A stretch of DNA of 58,593 nt, counting the filler, from Dimargaris cristalligena (Eukaryota): assembly GCA_003614675.1 (NCBI GenBank). It is 2 parts of 2 records of this genome, joined end to end, with 100 filler letters (N's around TTAATTAATTAA, not from the genome) between each part and the next. Parts side by side here need not be neighbours in the genome. Positions count along the whole stretch, not along the records: positions 29,348 to 58,593 come from ML002487.1; 1 more part is not named here. The stretch is one strand, 5' to 3'. Made by a program: the position numbers and the translations under genes. Positions within the stretch are counted from its first letter, which is position 1. Every line of letters begins with the position of its first letter. A model generated the notes under the pieces. It ran no database searches. It had not been told where the DNA came from and saw nothing but the letters and a program-made list of their open reading frames with translations. Positions 33,307 through 45,323 of the stretch are shown here, in pieces.

Positions 33307-35174
33307 CTGATGTGACCTCCGCCACTCGATTGGGAGTCCCGGGTTACGCGGGTCAACGCACCTCGGACTATGGCCGCACCACAACTCCTCCCTGCTATCC
33401 TCTCCGCTACTAGCTGCGTATTTTTCGATATCCGACAAGCCTTCCTCATTGGTGTGGTTGGGGCTGGCCCAATCACCTAAAAGGCCCGAGGTGACTGTTA
33501 TGGGCCTTTCCCCTTTCCCTATTTTTTGCCAAGACCCATTAGGAATAAAATGGACCCGCTAATTGGGAACACCGCGCCTCGCTAGCTCAAGGCTTTCCCA
33601 TTGCTTGGATTCATCCGCGCATGTTTTGCGCCAATAAGCTACCCGCCGACCACCATTCCCTTTACATTGAGAATTCTTGTTATCGTCCTATAGATGAATA
33701 GTTGAGTAAGAAGTTGGGAAACTATCGAGAGTAAAGTGGAAGGGGGAGGAGGGAGGGGGACATCAAAAATACAGGTGTAGTAGAGTAACCACCGCCTGTA
33801 CTCGACCTGCCTGGCTACGGCCCGGGGTAGTACCAGAACGCCGCCTTCTGCTCGCACCCTACACTTCCACGACGGAAAGGACGGGGAATTAGCAGAGGTA
33901 CCATTTGGACCGGAATTCAACATACCCATCTAGTCGAAGGCAGTGACAAAGAGTGTAGGCGCTCAATGAATATTCATCGATGCCTCTCATATTCACCCCC
34001 CCCCCTTCTCCCACCCTCTCTCGACTTTTCCTTCGTGGTCTACATTTCATTTTGAAGGGCATAGCTAGTAGACAGGGAGAAGGATATCACAGTATGAACT
34101 TATAGACCCCCTACTTCAATCCAGACAATGTATCTCTTGGCACACACCGATTGGTAGTCTCAAAACGACTAAATAATAATGTGCCGTTTTGAAGTGGTCC
34201 ACCCACCCCCTTAAGCTCCTTTTTGCGACCAACTAAATACTTTTCAGCTTTTCCACTGGCCTTCCAGGTCTATGGGGCCTAAAGTAACCTACGAATAGTT
34301 GTTGGTGTAAACCAATTTACTCAATAGGTCTCTGTAAGTCCAAATGGTCAGTCCAAATAGGGAAGATGTGCCCTTATCCCTCCCCCTCCTTGAGTAGCAG
34401 TGGTGGGACATGTATGCCATCTGCTCATATTTCTATCCCCAAAAGGAATACTACTACCTCGTGGACCCACCATTGTCCCCCTCCTACCTGCTTACCAAAA
34501 AATAAGGGCTAGATTCGAGCTGCGTTTTCTAACCATCCGCCGACTATCCTTTTACCGATAATTGTAGTATTCGGGAGAGCTCTACGGCCACTGTACGTAC
34601 AGGCGGGATTCCTGGATGAGAGCTACCAGCCCCAAGCAACGTCGAAAGTAAAGCCCAAGTAAAATGGCTCGGCGCGGCTGTGGTAACACAATAAAGGCCC
34701 ATTAAGGTACACCAATCTTTTAAACAGTTGACTCACCAATCTGTTATAGGGGGGCCACCTCGAAAGAAGACCACACTAAAATGCCACCCTCCTATCTGTA
34801 GGGTAAATTTAGACCTTGGTTGGGCCGTATGTATGTGTCGCATTTTCCGGCGGCCGACATTCAACTACAATGCTCAATCGAATTTAGGGTGTTAAACGGA
34901 AATTATTCGCACTAAATTACGGTGAGCAACGCTGAGAATTACACCAGACTGGCCCTTTAAAAGCAGGCTCGGAGTCCAATGTATCGGTGACCAAATCCTC
35001 TGCAAAAGACCAAGCGGTACAAATCGCAGCCATAAAATAGAAGCTACTGTACTATAGCTGGGGGCTTTATCACCCCACGCAAGCACAAATCCCCTTGTAT
35101 ATTTTTTTAGTGAAATATATCTATCTATACGGTAATTTAAGGGGGGGGTATACTGGAAAGTCAACACCAGTCGC

Positions 35175-36386
35175 TCAATAGCGCATTCCACGGTGGTGGA
35201 TATTGCCACTGGGCGGCGGCGGGGTGTCAGCGTGGTAGGAAGCCAACAACGGGTCGGTACCAATACCATCCGCATTCATGTATACTTTTGATGGCGCGCC
35301 AGCGGGGTTAACCGGCTGGGCGGCAGGTACGGAGACGCTATTTCGGAGCTGGTCGTTCATGGCGGCGGTTGCCTGCTGCTGGAGGTGATCAACGGCCTCG
35401 GGCTGAAGGGAGGGGTTGTTAAACACCGACGTTGGGTGAGACTTGGAGGACGGGTTAGCCGGAGGGGGGTGGTGGTGTTCATTAGAGTGAGTCGTCGTCG
35501 TCGGTTCGTCGTCTTCGTCCGCACTGGAATCGGCATACCAGCGGTCGGTGGGGGTAGCGAAGAAACTATCGTGCGTTTCCAAAGTATGCCAAACTCCATT
35601 GTTCGACGACGCCTTATCCTTTGGGCCGTTCAACCCACGGGACTGCACGGACCCGGACACATTGCCGCTATTTCCTCCGTCGGTTCTTTGCTTTTGGGCC
35701 AATTTCTCTTCCTTTTCGACCCACCGTTCAACCACCCGGTACGACCACAGGTTAATTTTAAACATGGCCCCGAGAATATCGCCAATGAAGGGAATGATAC
35801 CCAAGACCATATCGAACAGTCGGTTGATGAACATCCACACTAACAAGCGTTGGGGCACCCCGATTCGGTAGGCGATGAAGAATGGGTGGAGGGACAGGAT
35901 GAAACCGAGCACCGCGCCCAGACCGGGAATTAAGCCAATGATGGCTTGCAGCCCCACTTTTACTTCGGTTCCCTTGAATTGACGCCAGCCGGAGACGGTT
36001 TGGGGCGGTGTTGGTTGTTGTTTTCCTCCTTTGCCAGCGTCGCCCCCGGCGACGGCGGACGAAGTACTACTATCCGTTTCGACCGCCGTATCCGACGACG
36101 AGCTACGTCGATGGTGTTGTTGGCCATGTTGACGATGACTCGGGCTCCGACGACCGGAACGCATGACCCCATCGGTCACCAACCCAATCAGGGCAATGGT
36201 GTTATGGAACGTATGGTTAAATGGCTTAACGGCCAGGGACAGAGGGAAGGGTACAGGGATGGTAAAGCAAGTGTCCAGTAAGTTACAGGAACTCTTCATG
36301 TTTTTGAGCAGTTGGCGACGAGCCGCCAGCATTTCGGGGCTGGCCGGTTCGCCCCCGGAAGTTTTAAGGCGTTGGATTTGCGGCAT
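35175..36386 (-). CDS. DUF4112-family membrane protein with low-complexity insert and tail, 403 aa
   Basis: LLDTCFTIP ... VGLQAIIGLIPGLGAVLG ... GVPQRLLVWMFIN..FDMVLGIIPFIGDILGAMFKIN matches the DUF4112 pattern (IGLIP.GD, M..N...D...G.IP..GD......K.N). Confidence 0.8.
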   Translation of the reverse strand: MPQIQRLKTSGGEPASPEMLAARRQLLKNMKSSCNLLDTCFTIPVPFPLSLAVKPFNHTFHNTIALIGLVTDGVMRSGRRSPSHRQHGQQHHRRSSSSDTAVETDSSTSSAVAGGDAGKGGKQQPTPPQTVSGWRQFKGTEVKVGLQAIIGLIPGLGAVLGFILSLHPFFIAYRIGVPQRLLVWMFINRLFDMVLGIIPFIGDILGAMFKINLWSYRVVERWVEKEEKLAQKQRTDGGNSGNVSGSVQSRGLNGPKDKASSNNGVWHTLETHDSFFATPTDRWYADSSADEDDEPTTTTHSNEHHHPPPANPSSKSHPTSVFNNPSLQPEAVDHLQQQATAAMNDQLRNSVSVPAAQPVNPAGAPSKVYMNADGIGTDPLLASYHADTPPPPSGNIHHRGMRY

Positions 36387-36477
36387 TTTTTTTTGAAAGA
36401 GACGCGGCCACCGGGCAATTTTAGTTGTAGAGTAGGGGAGGGGGGGGCTGCTAGGCGTAATATATGTAGGTATATGT

Positions 36478-36485
<8 letters not shown>

Positions 36486-36512
<27 letters not shown>
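36486..36512. repeat. (TG)n microsatellite
   Basis: About 13 TG units, 100 bp upstream of the DUF4112 start. Confidence 0.92.
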
Positions 36513-36516
<4 letters not shown>

Positions 36517-37766
36517 CTCGTGCACAGTAACAGCCCTGAAGATGGCTATATCAAAAGGCGAGTACGTGAATAGGTGCGCAAAGCGTTATACACCGACGCG
36601 TGGAAATTTCGCGGGGACAAGATGCGACAAGGCCGGTCAAAATAATCCAAAAGCACGGCTATAATAACATCATGGGTTAGCGAGAATATGAGTGCGGTAG
36701 AAAAAAGGAGCGATACTAAATTGAGCAAACAACACAGTAGACCGGAACGCAATAGCCTGGACAAAACAAGCTTTACACAATGGCACTTACAGATGGATTT
36801 TTAGAGAAGGGAGGGATTTCGAAGAGAATGATAAAGAAAGGGAAACAATTAGAGGGTTCATCGGTCGAACCTGTAACGGTTTTATATGAAACCGCAATAG
36901 CTAAGGTGCGCGGTATCCCCACCATAAAAATCGCAGTTATGTCTTTTGAAACCCCAGGAGGGTTAAAGCCTACTACTATGAGTGGTGGTGGTAAACCCTA
37001 CCAGCCTAGTACAGCCAGCCTTATACGCCGCCTGTCATTATGAGGTAATCCCCTAATTGGCTTGGTAGTACCAGGTTGGTGTGGGCTGGTTTACCTCATC
37101 CAGCCCATGGTCATCTGTCCCGTCTATTTACCACCCGCCGTATTCTCCTATTCCCAGCCTTTCCCACTCATAGTATCCTCTTTGCTGGACATTGTTGATA
37201 CACTATGCAACACTCAATTTATGTCTGGTGATTGAGCCCCATCGTAATCTTAATTTCGGCTTCATCGTGAGCAAATATTGACTTAAGGACCTCCCCACCT
37301 GCGTAGAATTGGCTCATGACTAGGGGGGCATGGGTCAATAATAAAGGGTCAAATTGAGTGGTTTAGTGGGAGGGAACGGGGTTAGCGGGTATCAGCGGTT
37401 GTGACGGAAATGATCAGGCAAGCCTGCGGCAACCATCGTAAGGGTTAAAATGAAAGCGGTAATTACTGTTTTAAAAGTATAGTATAAAAGAGAGAAAATT
37501 CAAAAAATGGGTATAATAACGGCTGATTGATCAACCGCCCTGATATAAACTAAACTAAATGGGGGCAGCAGACACCGGCCCTAACTGATCAAATGTACCA
37601 CGGGATCGGTAAAGCTCTAGTCACAGACTCAACATCAAGGAAAAAGGCACAGCCTGGCGAAATGGGGGAGGGGTAACCCACCCTAATGCATAAAGGGATA
37701 TGTGTGAGAACGGGAGAAAGGGGGGAGGAGGGCGGGGGTGCCCATATCCCCCATAGTCGCGCTGTG

Positions 37767-40094
37767 TTATTCCTCGGGCCCGTAGACGCCCTCGTCATCT
37801 ACCGCAAGCTCGTGGTCTTCCTCGTAGATGTCATCGTCGATGGTGGCGTCCTGGTACTGCTGGTACTCGCAGATAAGGTCATTCATATTGGACTCGGCCT
37901 CAGAGAACTCCATTTCATCCATACCCTCGTCGGTGTACCAGTGCAAGAAAGCCTTGCGACGGAACATAGCAGAGAACTGCTCTTGCACGCGGCGGAACAA
38001 GCTCTGGATAGCGGTGTTATTGCCGATGAAAGTAGATGCAAGCTCCATACCGGCGGGCGGGATATTACAGTACACGGTTTGCATATTATTGGGAATCCAT
38101 TCAACAAACTGCGAGCTGCTACGATCACGGATGTTGTGCAACTGCTGCTCCACGTCCCGCATAGACACCTTGCCCCGGAAGAGACAGGCCACTGTGAGGT
38201 AACGGCCAGTACTGGGGTCAGCCGCCGCCATCATGTTGGTGGGGTGGAAGAGCTGCTGGGTCAAATCGTTAACGGTCACGTGGCGAAAGTTCTTGGAGGC
38301 CATGGCAGTTAGCGGCGCAAAGCCAACCATGAAGAAATGCAGACGGGGGAAAGGAATCAGGTTGACGGCCATTTTACGGAGATCCGAGTTGAGTTGGCCA
38401 GGGAACCGTAGGGACGTAGTGACACCGCTCATCACAGTGGTGACCAAACGGTTCAGGTCCTCATAGGTGGGCGAGGTAAATTTGAGGGTATTCTGACAAA
38501 TATTGTACAGGGCCTCGTTATCAATACAGAAAGTCTGGTCCGAGTTTTCAACCAGGTGATGTACGGACAGAGTGGCGTTGTAAGGTTCCACCACAGTTTC
38601 GGAGACTCGGGGGGAGGGCACGACGGAGAAGGTGGCCATCATGCGGTCGGGATATTCCTCACGAATCTTCTGAATAAGCAAAGAGCCCAGGCCCGAGCCG
38701 GTACCACCACCCAAAGAGTGGGTAATCTGGAAGCCCTGGAGACTGTCGCAGCCTTCAGCCTCTTTACGAACCACATCCATAATCTCGTCGATTAACTCGG
38801 CGCCTTCGGTGTAGTAACCGGTGGCCCAGTTATTACCCGCGCCGGTGGAGCCGTGGATCATGTTGTCGGGGCGGAACAGGGCGCTGTGGGAGCTGGAGCG
38901 AATGGCATCGATGGAGCCGGGCTCCAGATCAACGCACACGGCACTGTTAACAATAGGCATTGTAATCCAATGAGTAAATAATAATTAATACGAGCATGGT
39001 TAATTGGTAATGCTATAGACAGGAAAGAGTAGAGGTGCCGGAAGGGGAGGGAAAGAAGAGGGTATCTCTATAAAATTGGGATCCCGTGGCGGGGCCGAAT
39101 GGCATACTAGGATATAGAGTACATACAAAGTATATTTATTGTGACTAGGGAGAAAGGAGGAACTACCTGAAAACTTACCGAGGCACGTATTTGCCGCCTT
39201 GAGCTTCATTGTAATAGACGTCAATCTTTTGAAGTTGCAGGGGGTCATTGCCCTCGTAGTGGCCCTTGGCGTCAAGGCCATGTTCCTGGGAGATGGTTTC
39301 CCAGAATTTTTGACCGAGCTATCAACAAGGTCATAAGGGGTTGATAAAGATGGGGAGGGATAGTATAAGTATTGTTAAAGCGACATTGTCCGATGAATTA
39401 AATATTAGAGCATGGTATACGGGTACCTCTGAAACTAAGGCTACTAGTGCAGAGGTAGTGTAATGGAAGTGCTAGAGGTTTGGGCTGTAAAGTATAATTT
39501 TGGTTCTATACAGACCCATGGCCCACACCCAACTCCTGCTTGCTCGACAGCCAATCCGACGGAAGCCTTGGGACGATGCAGATGATGAAAATATGTAAAG
39601 CGACTCTTCGCCCAAGAATTCAACTCAGCCAACCTACCTGGTTACCGCACTGACCTAGTTAGCCCGGGAATTGATCATTAGATTAGCGAGATTGACGCGA
39701 ATTAAGGATAATTAGGTTAATAATTGAATGCCAATGATAGTATATGCGCATTAAAGCCTAATTATGGAAGCTGGAATTGGCATGTGTTGGGCAGGGCACG
39801 GTGAATGCCACGGCCAGGTGCAATTGGACTACCGCCCAGGCCCCCGTGTCGGACGGTTGGCTAGAGAGAAGCACAGTATAGCATACACACGGCCAATATA
39901 CGTCCTGCGTAGTCCATAAACAGCCCAATCACCAGTCCCAGACGGTGAATGTTGGCGCTGGAGGGGCCAGGATATCCTAAAATACCATAGGCCGGATTTA
40001 CAAAGGATATCCGATATATTGGAGAATAGTCCTCCGGGCGCATGCGCAAGGAATAAAGGCACTTACCGGTTTGAAGGTGAACGATTTCTCTCAT
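37767..40094 (-). CDS. Beta-tubulin, divergent isoform, 4 exons, 453 aa
   Basis: Exons 40094-40067 ([10 protein letters not shown]), 39654-39638 (QCGNQ), 39318-39179 and 38943-37767. Has the MREI start, [32 protein letters not shown] and an acidic tail. Confidence 0.96.
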
Positions 40095-42607
40095 GATGAC
40101 GGGGAAATTAGAGCGAAGGGGATAAGGTATAAGGTATAGGTATAGAGAAAGTAAGCAAATGGTACACCAAAGGAAAAGCACGAAAGGGAAACAGTTAACT
40201 GGAAAGGAGGGAAGAGGTGCGTAATGAGATTGAAGGCCGTGGCGACGTTTAACCGGTGGTTGGCGAAGTCCCCCTTGTCTTCGTGTCCTGGGCGAAACGG
40301 CCTGAGTGCATTGCACACGTTTCCACCCCCCTCCCCTTCCCCAAAACCACTACACCCATGTCATATCTAACGGCAGTTCTCATGAGCCATACACCCATAT
40401 CCCTAGGTAGCGTGCAGTAAATCAGCCCAGGGTGGGGAATTAAATCAAACTCAGTCCCTGCAAAACATACGCCGGAAATCCCTTCCATCGAACATGGTGT
40501 GGGGCCCGTGTGGTGGCTGGTAGTGAGCTGTTAACTCCCCCTTCCCTTACGTTTTCCATAGGCTAGGCCTACTACAACAACGCCCCCCATCTCGGGACAC
40601 ACCTACCTGAGACACTCCATCATCCTTTAAAAACGACCGGGATTCGGGCGGAGGAGCACAACCCCCCAGATAGCCGAGCCCCATTTCATGGATATCGGCG
40701 TACTGCTAATGCCACTCTCCCCCCTTTACTACTCCTTCCCTATGGTGTACTGTAATCAGTGCAAGCGGGGATTGAATAGAAGGAGAGAGAGAGAGCGCTC
40801 TGTGGTTGAGCATTCCTATTCCCGTACTGTCACACCTGGGCCTATTCGGCATCTTCCAATCATTGGCCCGGACCCTTTGGATGGCCGACCAATAGAGACG
40901 TTACGTAGCCGTAATCCAAGCTCTGTTGTTGTGTTTCTCTCACCGAGGGAGAGACTGTTTGACTGAAATAATATGAAAAATAAATAGTGCTCACTTCATA
41001 AAAGGCGCATAGTAGTGAAAACCGACTACCAAAGAACTTTGCTGATAATTGGTAGTAGGCAGTTTGGCATTAGGTGTTCGCAGCGTGTTACCCCCCTCCC
41101 CTTCGTCCCCCCAATCCAGAAAAATAAAGCATTCACCTTCCTCACCTACCTATTTTTACCCTGCTAAATATACCAGTTTCAAGGTGAAATGCCAGTTTCG
41201 CCCAGGGGTGAAGGGCAGTTGGAGAAAGAGCGCGAGGGCAGTAGCCGAACGAGTAACGGAGAAATAGTCGGAATGCTTAGTCAACCTAGCTGTAATGAAT
41301 GGTACAAAGGCAATGTCGAACCGGTTGCTAATATGGTGTCGAGCCATGTTTAGTCACCCTCTGTCGCGGGAGAGATGTTTGTCACAGACTTGGCTGCATC
41401 CTAGGTACAGGGTGGTCAGTGACCTAACTATGTTGAAGACAAGTTGCTGCGTTTTCCTGGTGCACCTATTATAATGATGTTACCCAATGTCACAATAAGC
41501 GGAGGGGCTGTACACCAAAGTTGGCCTCGAAGAAGCGCAGCGAACCGATCATGAAAAAGAGGGGAAAAAACTCTGAGTTGTTGACTCACCTGGGTATATT
41601 CGGGGTAATGGATTTGGTCATACCCAGTTCGCTGTTTAAAGACCCGACTCAGGTCAATGGCAATTTATAAAGAAATATAACCTTTATCGGCAAATATCAT
41701 GAAGGGGTAAAGGCAGGCCAGTGCATTACAATAGTTAGCGCCATGGTAAATGTTTTCCGAAACATGCCAAGTCGAGGTACACGGGTGTCGGCCCCCGAAT
41801 TCGATAGTGTATCTCATAGTCGAGTAATAAATAAGATGCGTTGCTAGAAGAAGTGCAATTTTGCACTGGTTAAGCGATGTGGGTCGGATACGGTCCACAC
41901 TATCCTTACTGAATGTATAGGGGAAAACTGGCAACCTCACTGAAAAAAATAAAAATAAAGATGCGATTAGCGATGGGTGCCAATCTATGGAGCCGTTTGG
42001 TAATAATGAAAAACAAGTAATTCAAACCATGCACAAACCCATAGTTGGAGTATGCTTAACTGCCTCGGCGGAAAAGTACCTTGAGTCGCGTCATTCCAGT
42101 AGTCCACTTTCCATCTACTAAATAGGTGAACGAAGCGACGTAAGTGGCTGTATTAGTAGGAAAGGTGGATTCACATCCATGGCGTAGGTGGCGTTGGGTC
42201 AAATAAGCAGCAGCGTTGGTTCCAGTGTTTCGGGAATCGGATGCGGTTCGTGGCTAAAAATGGTCTACATGTGGGATTGTACCGGGGAACTGGCTACCTT
42301 AATATACCTGGGCTCCCTGGGAATCGAGGGTTTACCTAGTAATTGTCAGATCCCCAAGGTTCTCTTCTCCCAACCCAATCCAACCCAGACCAGTAATGGT
42401 GGTACTATCTTTCGGCAATACAAATATTATTCTTAGACAAATGGAGGCGCAATGGTCTTTGCTCATTGGGGCCAACCCTATTTTTGGAGGTTCCAACCGG
42501 TTAGAATTTAATATAAACAAACGGTGTTGGGCTGTGTGATCCCGCATCGTTGGGGGTTGGAGTTACCCAGTGGGGCCCACCGCCTCATTTCATTATTTCT
42601 TCTTTCG

Positions 42608-42624
42608 TGTGTGTGTGTGTGTGT
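42608..42624. repeat. (GT)n microsatellite
   Basis: About 8 GT units. Confidence 0.85.
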
Positions 42625-43772
42625 TGCAGAAACGGTTCGGGCATCCTAAAGTACGAGCAGGAAGGTGGCATTAGAGAGAAAAAAAAATAGCCAAGTCCGC
42701 GGTGCGAGAATGCTTCAGTGAGAATTCGAAAATGACCAGGGGGGAAGTAGGAGATAGAGGGGGGGGGTAAGGCCCCTCATAAACTTAAATTAAAAATGGC
42801 TGGAATACGCTGTTGAAAACGAATACCTCCTTCGTCTTATCTCCCCCCCCCCCCCCGAGTACCCGTTTAGGTTGAATCCCGCGACTCGCGCAGTATATGA
42901 GGCACTGAAACATACACGCACATGCACACATACTCTCTCTTTCCTCCGCGAGCCGCGGCGATTTCAGTCCACCGAGCCTCTAATCGCCACCCATTTGGAA
43001 ATGGGCTACTGTGGGTCCCGAAATATAAAGCAATGCTGACCCAGCCCCGCACATACGGGCTGCACGGACACGAATACCGAGTAGAGAAGTGTACGCGTGG
43101 GAGGGGCGGGTGAATAGATTGTCTGGGCTCGTTATTTATATCGTACCAGGATTCTTAACGGGTCGGGTTTTTGCATCTAACCCCCAGTGGGTTGGATCCA
43201 ATAAGTGGGGTGGCGGTGCCTCCACTCGCACCACGAGGCAGGAAAATCAGACCACCTACAGATGGACTGTGCAAAGGAAAGGGAGGGGTCAGCCATGGGA
43301 GGGCTATTATAGCGTATTAAGCAGATGCAGAAGCGGGGGGAATTGGCATGGCTTTGTTGCATCAAGTGGCAGCTTATGAGAAGGGGTGTGATAGAGAGGG
43401 AGGCGGAGGCGGAGAGGAGGTGGTGGCCGACTATATTGCCGATAAATGTTTAATTTTAGTGAAGAGCATCTCATCTGCAGCTGGTCAACCAAAGCAATGG
43501 TAACGTGGTCAAGGTAGCAGTGCTGTAGGTAGGAAAGCGCCTTCAATAAGAATGGGAATGCTAAACCATTCCTGATATAAAGCTCCGTAAACGCCCACCG
43601 ACTCAGCATCAGCACATTCAAACCGGTATGCCATCTTCCCATTAAAATATACACCCTTGACTGGAGAGAAGTATCGGCGCCACAACGTTGCTTCATTTTT
43701 ACTCGGTTTCCGGTTTATCTCACTGTCACCCATTCATATATTTTATTTTTTTTGCTTTTATCCGTACCCACC

Positions 43773-44593
43773 ATGACCACCATTCCGAAGCCAGCCACTC
43801 CTTACCCGTCCATTCGCAATATCGAACTGACCGACATTCTGGTCAACTCGGCTAAATTTCCGGCCTGGACCCTCTGGCAATATAACCCTTGTCTAATTCT
43901 CATCATCCGGCGGCCAGGCTGTCAGTTCTGCCGCGAAGAAGCAATGGAACTGGCGTCCCATCGCAACAAACTCTACCGCAACTACGTAAGTATTTTTATA
44001 GCTACTTTACCTTGGCGTCCCGTTCCAAATAGGTCTAAAGGAGATGGCGGATTGAACAGCGTATTCACTCCACCCAAAAATTATATTAATGGTGGTATAT
44101 GGCTAAGGGGAGGGGGAGTTCAACCAAGTACTAACCGGTGTTGGACTATGATGCTCATGGTATATTTGTTGGAATGGATAATGCATTATAGGGCATCAAA
44201 ATGATCGCTGTCATCCACGAGAATCTCGGTGCCCAGGAGTTCAGCGTTAAGTACTGGCGGGGCCCGGTCTACCTCGACGAACAACAGGGGTTCATCAGTG
44301 CCATCGGGGGCGGCAAACCCCGGTGGGGCAGCGTGGTCATGTCCCTCTTTCGGCCGTCCGTGTGGGGCAACCTCCGCCGCAATCTCATCAAGGGCATTGA
44401 GAGTGATTTTGACGGGGAAGGCCGCATCCTCGGCGGACTGTACGTTCTGCACACCGGGGAGCAGGGGATCGCCTACGAACACCAGGAGGCCGTCTTTGGG
44501 GACCACGCCCCCTGGGACGAAGTGCTGGCCGCGGCTAAAAAAGCGGGTAAATTGGCTAAACAAATGCGCACCAGCTCCTCGAAATTGGTGTAA
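43773..44593 (+). CDS. Peroxiredoxin-like 2A (FAM213/AhpC-TSA_2 family) redoxin, 2 exons, about 204 aa
   Basis: Exons 43773-43985 and 44192-44593 (intron with GTAAGT donor and TACTAAC branch). Motifs IRRPGCQFCREEA, VIHENLGAQEF, YW.GPVYLDE, GEGRILGGLYV and FGDHA. Confidence 0.88.
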
Positions 44594-45027
44594 GGTGAAC
44601 ACTAATATCCAGGTGTGGTGGTGGAGTACCGATAAATGAAAGGGAATGAAGACACACACACTTCCTCTCTCTCGTTCATTCTTTTGAATTCAATGGACTG
44701 CCCAATGACATGATCGATGGGCCCTCTTACTTGGCCCTAACCTCGTTCGATCGCCACTCTACCTAGCCATCTTCGATGGGTGTGGGGTATTTATCTATCC
44801 CTATTATATATTATATTCATGGTGGTAATGCGAATTGGGCCTCACCTTGAACCAATTTTATTTACCCCCGTATGATCATGTACAGCTATATTTTAATGTC
44901 TCTTTCTCTCAAACCAACTATTACGCTAATGACCATTCTGTGAGTATATCTACGATGAGCTATTCCCATTAATCTAATAATAAAATTGCGGGTAACCTTA
45001 ATCGATCAATGATCAGCCAATCGGAGG

Positions 45028-45036
45028 ATCACGTGA
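45028..45036. promoter_or_regulatory. E-box ATCACGTGA with adjacent CCAAT box upstream of the PPR gene
   Basis: CAGCCAATCGGAGGATCACGTGA, about 290 bp before the ATG. Confidence 0.4.
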
Positions 45037-45323
45037 GCGCCATCTAAGCTGTAATTGAGAGGGATCCACAATCCTCGATTTTAGGTTAAAAAGCTCAGGA
45101 TACTTGTCAAAGTCACCAAGCAACCAGAAGAATGAGAGAGTGGTCTAGAGGCACACAAAAGTATGCGCGGTTAAGCACAGTGTAGGGGAAGAAGGAGGAA
45201 GAGCAACTCTGCTCAGAAATAGTATAACCGGTTGACAGTATTGAACACTTTACAGGCTCGCTCCCTCGTCAATCGCTCCGAATAAAGAAAACCCCCCTCT
45301 CTACCTACGAATCAACCCATTCC

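Noticed and set aside
39582-39653. ATGATGA...CTGA pair within the tubulin gene
   Set aside because: It lies on the strand opposite the tubulin transcript, and the CTGA is simply the complement of coding exon 2.
40300-43700. Short ORFs between beta-tubulin and the redoxin gene
   Set aside because: They look like a divergent promoter region with microsatellites and homopolymers; no supportable coding signal.
43920-43931. Possible selenoprotein (SelU-like UxxC) in the PRXL2A-family gene
   Set aside because: The codons are TGT-CAG-TTC-TGC, an ordinary CxxC with no in-frame TGA.
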